64,000 nt of DNA from Paraspadella gotoi (lineage: Eukaryota; Animalia; Chaetognatha), in contig CM119267.1 in NCBI GenBank assembly GCA_051294375.1, positions 23,924,111-23,988,110 of the forward strand, in the 5' to 3' direction. The first letter of the stretch is position 1, and every line of letters starts with the position of its first letter. Below the pieces are notes generated by a model. That model saw only the letters and a program-made list of their open reading frames with translations. It was not told the origin of the DNA and did not search any database. Both the position numbers and the translations under genes were made by a program. Below, in pieces: positions 48,241-64,000 of the stretch.

Positions 48241-51200
48241 TTTTATGTCTCCTTCTCTCTCTCTCTCTCTCACCCTCTCTCTTTCTCTCTCACTCTCTCT
48301 CTCTCTCCTACTCTCTCTTTCTCTCTCTCTCTCTCTTCTCTTTTTATGCAATAGCGACGATCCTTATGCTTTAAGATTTTTTTAACTTGCATCATTTTTT
48401 CAACTTTCATAATTTTTTCAACTTGCATTCCGTCAAAACTTTATATCTAGCTTCTTCACTCACTTTCCTACCGGCTCACAAAATTTCATTCTCAATCTAT
48501 CATGGGTTAAAATAAATAAAAAGATTCAAGTAAATGTGACTCATATTTTTTTCATTTTAAACTCATTTCCCTGGTACGTTTCCACTGAAACTTTATATCA
48601 AGCTTCGTCAACGTTTTCCTACCACACACAAAAATTTCAACTCAATCTATCCATCCAATTATGATTAATTGGAGTATTATTATTGGTTAAAATAAGTAAA
48701 AAGATTTTAGGAAATTCGACTTATGTTTTTTCCATTTAAACTAATTTCCACTCACACGATTCCATCGAAATTTTATATCCAGCTTTATCACACACTTTCC
48801 TACCCACACACAAAATTTAATTCCAATCCAACCAGCCAATCACGAGTTATTGGAGCTTTTTGCTAAGATGGGACGGATGGACGGATTGATTGACTAATTA
48901 ATTAATTATTGATTAATTTATTTACTAATTGATTAATTAACTGATTAATTATTTGATTTATTAATACATCCTGCAGATACATTTAATATAAAAGGAAAAA
49001 GAAGCATAATCAATTAGTAAAACAGGTTTTTTGTTTTTTCCATTTAAACTCATTTCCACTCAAACTATTCCATCGAAACTTGATTTCCTGTTCAATCACA
49101 CACTTTCCTACCCACATACAAAATTCCAGGTCAATCAGCCCATCCACTCATGAGCAATTGGTGTTCAAATAGTGAATATATTTTTTTTGTTTTTTTCCAT
49201 TTAAACTCATTTCCACTCGGACGATTCCATCGAAACTTAATATCCAGCTCAATCACACACTTACCTATCCACACACAAAATTTCATTTAAATCCATCCAT
49301 CCAATCACGAGTAATTGGTGTTTTTTGCTAAGGTGGGACGGACGGACGGACGAGACGGACGGACGGACGGACGGACGGGACGGACGGACGGACGACGGAC
49401 GGACGACAGACAGACGACGGACGGACATCATTTTTTTTTGCATAATTTATCATAATTCGATGTTCTGACATGATATAAGTGTGTGCCCGACAATATTGAG
49501 GGGGCGGACCGAACGGACCGAGAAGAAAGTGATTATTAAAATTGCAGTTATAGGTCGGGATCTGCTGATAAGCAGATCCGACTAAAAATTGATAGTAGAA
49601 ACCCGTTGCTACTTTTTAAAACAAGTACATCGTCGAATAAAATACTTCTACCCTTTCTCCTTGAATAAAGTAATGAATTTCAAGTGCTATTCTCGCGTAA
49701 ACTGGGATGACCTCGAATTCTGAGGCGGGAATAGCTTAATAGTCTTAGAAAGAAATTTTTAATAACACCAACCCACAAACACACTTTTTTTCTCTTCTCC
49801 AGAATTGTAAGTCTTAAGTTTTTTATTATCCCTCGGTCTGTCCGATTATTCTAAGTAATGTGAAAAACGTAATCAAAATTAAAAATGATGAGTTAAAAAG
49901 TAAATGATCAATACTGCGTCACTACAACATCGTGGCACTGCATCACTACGTCACCGTCACAGTATCATTGCATCCCCGCCGATTCACGCAAAAGCTCTTT
50001 CACCGATTAATCGAGTTATTACAATTAACGGAGTTCCTCAAGTAAAAAATAAAAAATTAACCGGGCGACAGTTTGACATTTCAAAAATCGAAGTCAGTAA
50101 CGATCCGAGAAAAGAAAATTAAAATCGAACTGATTTTTGTTTTTTTTTGATTCCCTCGACTCTTCCTCACCTTCCATGTCGTTGTAGGGTAAGTCGATGG
50201 AAGAGGAGGGGTTGAGGAAGAGGAGGAACTCTCGAATTCCGACGAGGACGACGACGGCCGAGACGATAGCAAAAGTTTACAGGGAAAAGTATACTTTTTA
50301 CCGTTTGAGGAGAGAGAGAGATAGAGAGGAAAACGTAGAAAGAAACTGAGAAAAAAAAGTTGACAAGAGCAAAAGAGTGGATAGAACAGAGTGAACGCTT
50401 TTTGAGTTAGAAAATTAATATGGATGAACGCGACACTAATACTTTTTGTTTTGTTTTTTATACGCGAAAGAGGAAATAAAAATATCCGAAAATGACCATT
50501 TTTTCTAACTTTTTTTTTCTCCTCGCATTTCCATAGTCTTTCATTCTCATAGTCGCCCACACATATATTGGAGAATAGTGAAATGTCGTTCACCCTACTT
50601 TTTTAATTTCTCGATCTCGATTGCCCTTCAGAATGAATTTGCTCTTCTTTAGATTATCAATCGATCCGAACTCATTCCGGATTCTGATTCTCTTCTTACT
50701 CCAAACCTGTCGGTTTCGGGCCCCGGGGCGTGACGTCAAAATTGATTCGACCCCTCCATGCTACAACCCTTTTGATTCATTCTAAATTATTATTGTTTAT
50801 TTACGGTAAACTTAAAAATTATTATTTTTGAATAATTATCAGATTTTAAATAATTTAGAAAACAAATTACGTTACACCATTATAATGCCAGTTTAAAAGG
50901 TGCTTGTTAATCAGGTAAGGTGTGTCCTTTCCCCCTGAAAAACTTGTTTGGAGGCAGAACGTAGATAATGAGCGAGTGCCATGACAATGAGCTTTGCGAC
51001 ACAATTTTCAAAAAAATATAAAATAATATTATTTTATGCTAAAACAATTATATTATGTATGTATATTATATATTATGTCGTTAAACCTTTACTTTATTTT
51101 TTTTTTGGTAAATTGTCTTGTAATTATTTGTTTAGTTAGATACATATTTAAAATTGTTTATCTGAGTATCATTTAGTCATTTTTTGTATTTCGTTAGAAA

Positions 51201-51925
51201 AATAAAATTTATTTAAAATCCGACATTTAATTCACATAATTTTTTTTCAGTTTTCATTAAAGTTCAAAAAAAGTTATATAAAAAATTAAATTTTAAATAA
51301 TTTTTTTTCTACTTCATCATTATCCTTTCTACCCTGCTAACCGTGTATAACGCCAAAAGACCCATGACTTATTATTTACCTTCTGATAACATTTAAAACC
51401 GGTGCTCACAATGAAGTTTTCCTCTCGCTGAGAACCAATTAAAGATTTTACGAGGATTCATCGAGTTATCGCCGTACAGACAGGGACCCTCCCTTTTTTT
51501 CCTTATCCCATGTATCTATGAAATTGGTACAACCAATATTAAAATTATCCATTCATTCAATAAATGAGCTATCGTGCACCTGACTTTGGACATGGCAAGA
51601 CCTCGTTTTATCGTTTTACTCCAGGAGAGATGCCGAGAAATCTATACTCCAGTGTAACCCACCTTCCCATCTTCCAGACGAGCGCGACAATCCGAAGACC
51701 AGCCCCCCCTGCGTCAACGTGTCTGTGTCTTCGAGACGACGAATTCACAACAAAAAAAAGGGTTTAGCGACCTAAGATCGAAGATTCGAAGATCGAAGAT
51801 GAGAAAATTCGAAGATCGAAGATTCGAAGATGTTTTCACCGAAGGGAGAAGCGATTTTGACCAAAATGATCGATAGAGTGACTCTCCCAAGTCCTCACCC
51901 TTCTTTGCCTCCAAGTAGTTGAATT

Positions 51926-52229
51926 GTTTTTACTCGCGGAGCAACTCTATAAGTCACTTTTCGGTCGGTCGGTCAGTACGGTCCTCCGACGGTCTGTCCC
52001 ACTTACATTAAAAATGTTTATACTGGCCTATAGTTGGTTGCTAGCGCCGCCTTCAGGAAATAAAGACGACAAAAGATGTAATTCCGATGCTTGTCATAAA
52101 TACACGGACTAAGAAAGTTATGGTAGTCATGTAATCATGTCATATCACGTCATCATGATAGGTCATAAGAAATACACGTGATAAGGCAGTCACTGCGGCG
52201 CAACTCATTTGAATTACCGTTCTTGTTTT
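51926..52229 (+). mobile_element. HINE/DINE-like family 4 (single copy here)
   Basis: Starts tttttactcgcggagcaactctataag followed by (gtcg)n; ends gcggcgcaact..cttgtttt. Confidence 0.55.
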
Positions 52230-52284
52230 AACGTAATTGAATGGTAGACATAGTTTAATCCTTTTTTTTTCGTTGCGGTTTCAA

Positions 52285-52462
52285 GTTAGAGAAACAAAGT
52301 TTCTTATTTTTGTTACAAACAACGATTTTTGTATTAGACATAAAATGGGACATGTAAAAAGCGCTGATGAAGGCTTGCATTAAAGCCGAAACATGTCCCA
52401 TATTATGTCTAATACAAAAATCGTTGTTTGTAACAAAACTAAAAAACTTTGTTTTCTCTAAC
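52285..52462 (+). mobile_element. Penelope-like inverted terminal remnant with a minimal hammerhead ribozyme core
   Basis: ~70 bp inverted arms; core CTGATGA(52364)-a-ggctt/aagcc-GAAA-CATGTC(52397); direct repeat taacgtaattgaa at 52229 and 52459 (possible TSD). Confidence 0.75.
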
Positions 52463-52885
52463 GTAATTGAAAAAAAAAATCTTCAAATTTTCTTGGTTCT
52501 CTCTATGATTCTTTTTAACTACCGTTTTATAAATTAATATAACTAATAATTAAATCAAAAACAGATATTAAACCATTTTAACTCCTATCGTTTCTCATTT
52601 CGGCGAAACGGAATTCCAATTTTCGCGACTTAAGTCTTCGTCAACCGCCGCCCCTCCCCCCCCCTCGGCCTCCCCCCATTTTTGATGTCCTCTCTCTTTC
52701 CTCTTCTTCACCTCCTTTCTTCTCAGGGGTCGTCGATCGAGAAGGTAAGTTCGATCCAGAAGAAGGAAGAGGAAGAGGACGGGTAAGGGAGGAGGAAGAA
52801 GCGATTCCAGAGAATCGAAGGTGACGACGACGACAACGACAATTACAGCGATATCGACGATGCCAAAGTTGGAGGGGCTCCCGGG

Positions 52886-52950
<65 letters not shown>

Positions 52951-53626
52951 AAAATTAAATTTTCACTTTCCAAAACTTTTCCGGTGGAAACACTCGTTTT
53001 TTTAACCAGTAAAAATATATGGAATATATATTTAAATAAAAATATTTTCTGTAATAATAAGCAATGTGCTTCCCATCATGAAAGATTATCCAAATATTTA
53101 AGAATATGTGTCCTTCCATGTAATTGTAATATAATATTGTTTTGTCATTAGTATAATTCTTTAGAAATTATGCCAACAATTATTCTCGAAAACAAAAGAA
53201 ATCAAATGATAATTCCATTGCATTAAATCGATCATCTATTTAGAAATTTCTTAATTTGTGTTGACTTGAAAGACTATCAGTAGTTAACAAGTATCAATTG
53301 AAAGAATACATTTTAAATGCGGGGGAGAAAAAAAAATTTCATTTTTAAATCAAAAAAAACTTTTTGAGATTAATTAGTTATGCAAACCTATGTTTAATAT
53401 AATACTAGGAACGATAACTTCATTATTTTCTTGGAATTGGCAGAAGGAAACAAAAAGGGTCTTCATTAAAAGACAGAATAATTCTTTTAAAACAAAACAA
53501 AAACAAAAAAAAACTAAAACCGAGAAAAACTCATCCTCGTTTTTTTTCTGTACCAAAAAAAAAGGAAAGAAAATCAAGGGTGAAGCAAAAGTCGTCCGCT
53601 GTTTATTTATATGAGGAAGAAGAACA

Positions 53627-53687
53627 ATGAAGAGAAAAAAGCTTTCGTTTATTGTTGCGGTGGCGATGGTGATTCTGTTGACGATCG
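53627..53687 (+). CDS. Gene D exon 1: signal peptide
   Basis: MKRKKLSFIVAVAMVILLTI, consensus donor G|gtaagt, phase 1; joins (E)HINA-AQGSQGDK. Confidence 0.85.
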
Positions 53688-55482
53688 GTAAGTCAACCTG
53701 GGAGAAGTTTATTTGCTACGTACAGTAGAAAAATATTTTGTATTTTTATTTGGATTCTGAACTAAAACTTAACCCCTTCAAAGAAAAAAATTATATATAT
53801 ATATATTCTACGTATGTAATATAAATTAATATATATATATATTAATTAATATTACATAGCTTAATAGATGTACTTAATGTCGGAATGTCTCAGTCGATGC
53901 CAGGAAGGAATAAAAAACTGGCGTGGTAGCTAAAAAATAATTATTTTTATTATCAAAAGTGAATTGCTTTTATTACAATAAATAAGAATAAATAAATAGA
54001 ATGTTATACGCCATGATTATTTTCAAACGCACAAATACAGTTTAAGAATCGAACCAGATTTATTTATTAATGACTAGCAAGCTTGGAAGTTTAGCACTTA
54101 ACTAGTCAGTTTTTAGTCGGATCTGCTTTCAGCAGATCCCAACTCTATAATTCACTTTGTCGGTCCGTTGGTCCGCCCCCTCAATATTGTGGGGCAGTCA
54201 CTTATATCATGTCAGAACATCGAATTATAATAAATTATGCAAAAAAAAACGATGTCCGTCCATTCGTCTGTCTGTCCGTCCATCCGTCCATCCGTCCCAC
54301 CTTAGCAAAAAACACTAATTACTCGTGATTGGATGGATGGATTGAAATGAAATTTTGTGTATAGGTAGGGAAGTGTGTGATTGAGCTGTATATGAAGTTT
54401 CGATGGAATCGTCCGAGTGGAAATGAGTTTAAATGGAAAAAATAAAAAAAAATATTTCACTATTTGAACACCAATTATTCATGAGTGGATGGGGCGATGG
54501 ATTTAAAATTTTGTATTTGGGTAGAAAAGTGTGTGATTAAACTGGAAATCAAGTTTCGATGGAATCGTTTGAGTAGAAATGAGTTTAAATAGAAAAAACA
54601 AAGAACCTATTTCACTAATTGATTATGCTTCTTTTTCTTTTTATTTTAAATGTAAATGCAAGATGTATTAATTAATCAAATAATTAATAAATTAATGAAT
54701 CAATAATTAATTATTCAGTCAATTAATCAATCAAAACAAACATTTCTGATCAAATTAATTAATTAATTGCCTAATTAATTAAATAATTAACTTGAATAAA
54801 TTAATTATTAATTAATTAAATAATTAATTAACTTGAATTAATTAATTAATTACCGAAAATGATCGTGGGCAGATCCGACATTGTTTGCTCAAACTTGCGA
54901 CGATCTCGTAACGCTTTTGCGCATAAGTGGCGTAGGCGTCATCGACGTCGTCGCCTTTTTTATGATTAAATTTGGGTGTATGAAGCTAAAAATTTATATA
55001 CAGCTTCTCATCATCGAGGTCCTTGAAATTGGGTGAGGAGAGTTATTAAATATGTTTTTTTCTCTTTTAATTATATTTAGCTCTCTCTCTCTCTTTTCCG
55101 CAGGCTGATTCATCGGGAAAAAAAACGAGTCTGCAGCTGGGTCTGCAGGTGTTTTCTTTTTCTTCTCTTTTCTCCTGCTGCTTCTGCTGCTGCCTTTTGA
55201 TTTCTTTTTCTGGCTGCCTCTGCTGCTGCTGCTGCTGATTCGTCCGAAAACGATTTGGCTTCTCTCTCTTTCTCTCTCTTTCTTTCTCTCTCTCTTTTTT
55301 AATTGATTTATATATAAAACATAGTTTCCCTTTATCAAATTTGATTTTTTGAGTGTCATAGTTTGTCATGGGTCCATTATTTTTTTATACAATTGCGACG
55401 ATCCTTATACTTTTCAGTGATTTTATTATAAAACGCAAGATTGACAATCGACCTCATGATCACGATTTTTATTTCATTTTCT

Positions 55483-55636
55483 CAAAGTTTTGAAGAGAGA
55501 TTTTACAACGATTTTTATTTCATAGTGAAACGGACATGTTTCGACTCACATACTGAAGAAGACTCGTATGTGAGTCGAAACATGTCCGTTTCACTATGAA
55601 ATAAAAATCGTTGTTAAATCTCTCTTCAAAACTTTG
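55483..55636 (+). mobile_element. Second Penelope-like inverted remnant with a hammerhead core (different family), in gene D intron 1
   Basis: ~70 bp near-perfect arms; core CTGAAGA(55553)-a-gactc/gagtc-GAAA-CATGTC(55586). Confidence 0.75.
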
Positions 55637-57391
55637 TTCTAAATAAAATCACAACGAAACAGAAAGGAAACAAGTTTGAGCAAACAATGTCGGATCTGCC
55701 CAAGATCATTATCGGTAATTAATCAATTAATTAATTCAAGTTAATTAATTAAGTTAATTAATTAATTAAAGTTAATATATATCAAGTTAATTAGGTAATT
55801 AATTAATTAATTAATACATTTTGCATTTACAATTAAAAGAAAAAGAAGCATAATCAATTTGTGAAACAGGTTTTTTGTTTTTTCCATTTAAACTCATTTT
55901 CACTAGGACGATTCCATCGAAACTTCATATCTAGCTTATGCACACACTTTCCTACCCACATACAAAATTTCAGGTCAATCGCCCCATCCACTCATGAGTA
56001 ATTGGCGTTCAAATAATTATATATATATTTTTTTTGTTTTTTCCATTAAAACTCATTTCCACTCGGACGATTCCATCGAAACTTTATGTCCAGCTCAATC
56101 ACACACTTTCCTACCCACACACAAAACTTCATTTCAATCCATCCATCCAATCAGAAGCTATTGGAGTTTTTTGCTAAGGTGGGATGGACGGATGGACGGA
56201 CGGACGGATGTACATCGTTTTTTTGTATAATTTATCATAATTCGATGTTCTGATATGATATAAGTTAGTGCCCGACAATATTGAGGGGGCGGACCGACGG
56301 ACCGACAAAGTGAATTATAGAGTCGAGATCTGCTGACAAAATACAATTTCATTTTCTCATAGAATCGACATCGATGTAATGAAAAAAATTCAAGTCATTT
56401 GTCGACCTGTTGAGAAAATGGAAATAAGAAATTAGGAATAGGAAAAAACCTAATAATTATTCTATCGGCCAAGCTACACAGAATGAAACAAGTTTGTGCA
56501 AACAATGTCGAATCTGCCCATGATCATTAGCGGTAATTATTTAATTAATTAATTAATTAATTAATTAATTAATTTATTAATTAAAGTTGATTAATTATTA
56601 AGGCAATTAATTAATTAATTTGATCCAAAATGTTTGTTTTAGGTCTTTTTGTGACTCACCATGACAAAAGCATTGACTGATTAATTAATTACTGATTAAT
56701 TAATCGACAAATGGATAAATTAACTTATAATTATTTGATTAATTAATAAATCTTGCATTTACATTTAATAGAAAAAGAAAAGAAAGCATAATCAATTAGT
56801 GAAACAGGTTTTTGTTTTTTACATTTAAACTAATTTCCACTCAGACGACTCCATCGAAACTTGATTTCAAGCTTAATCACACACTTTTCTACCCACATAC
56901 AAAATTTCAAATCAATTACTGCATCAACTCATAAGTATTTAGCGTTCAAATAGTAAAATATATTTTTTGGTTTTTCAATTTAAACTCATTTCCACCCTAA
57001 CGATTTTATCAAAACTTCATATCCAGCTCAATCACATACTTCCTTACCCACACACACAATTTCATTTTAATCCATCCATCCATCCAATCACAAGTAATTG
57101 GTGTTTTTTGCTAAGGTGGGACAGATGGAAGAACGATAATTTTTTTGCATAATTTATCATAATTCCATCTTCTGACATGATATAAGTGAATGCCTGACAA
57201 GATTGAAGGGGCAGACCGACGGACCGACAAAGTGAAATATAGAGTCGGGATCTGCTGATAAGCATATGATAATTTGTCATAAATTTTTTTATTAAAAATA
57301 ATCAGGTTTCGATTCAGAACCCTGTTTATGATTGTAATTATAAAAAAAAATGTTCTTGAATAAAATGATAACTGACTTTTTTTTTTGACAG

Positions 57392-64000
<6,609 letters not shown>

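Overview
AT-rich, intron-containing animal (invertebrate-like) genomic DNA from a draft assembly. It has N-gaps, many (GA)n/(CT)n microsatellites, and indel-noisy sequence up to ~23.5 kb. I cannot name the organism. The main feature is a + strand cluster of giant, almost proline-free collagen genes. Gene C (20266-44675) is a 13-exon GT-AG model. It encodes a signal peptide, about 1,170 Gly-X-Y triplets (GDK/GDQ/GNK/GEK) in one ~10.6 kb exon that carries frameshifts, then ZP module, Sushi/CCP, EGF-Ca, SEA, EGF-Ca, a heptad stalk, a TM helix and a short tail. That makes it a type I membrane collagen-ZP fusion, an architecture I do not recognise. Gene D (53627 to the window end) has the same 5' design with at least 732 in-register triplets and was missed by the ORF track. 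The 3' end of a probable third relative (EGF-TM, weak ZP-like exons) lies at 159-2283. An unrelated 8-exon multi-pass membrane protein gene lies at 3729-9165. Introns and intergenic DNA hold a TRIM with tRNA-like LTRs, four Helentron/DINE-like families (some nested), tRNA-SINEs, two Penelope-type hairpins with hammerhead cores, MITE-like elements and minisatellites. All domain and family calls come from manual translation and motif recognition, not database searches.
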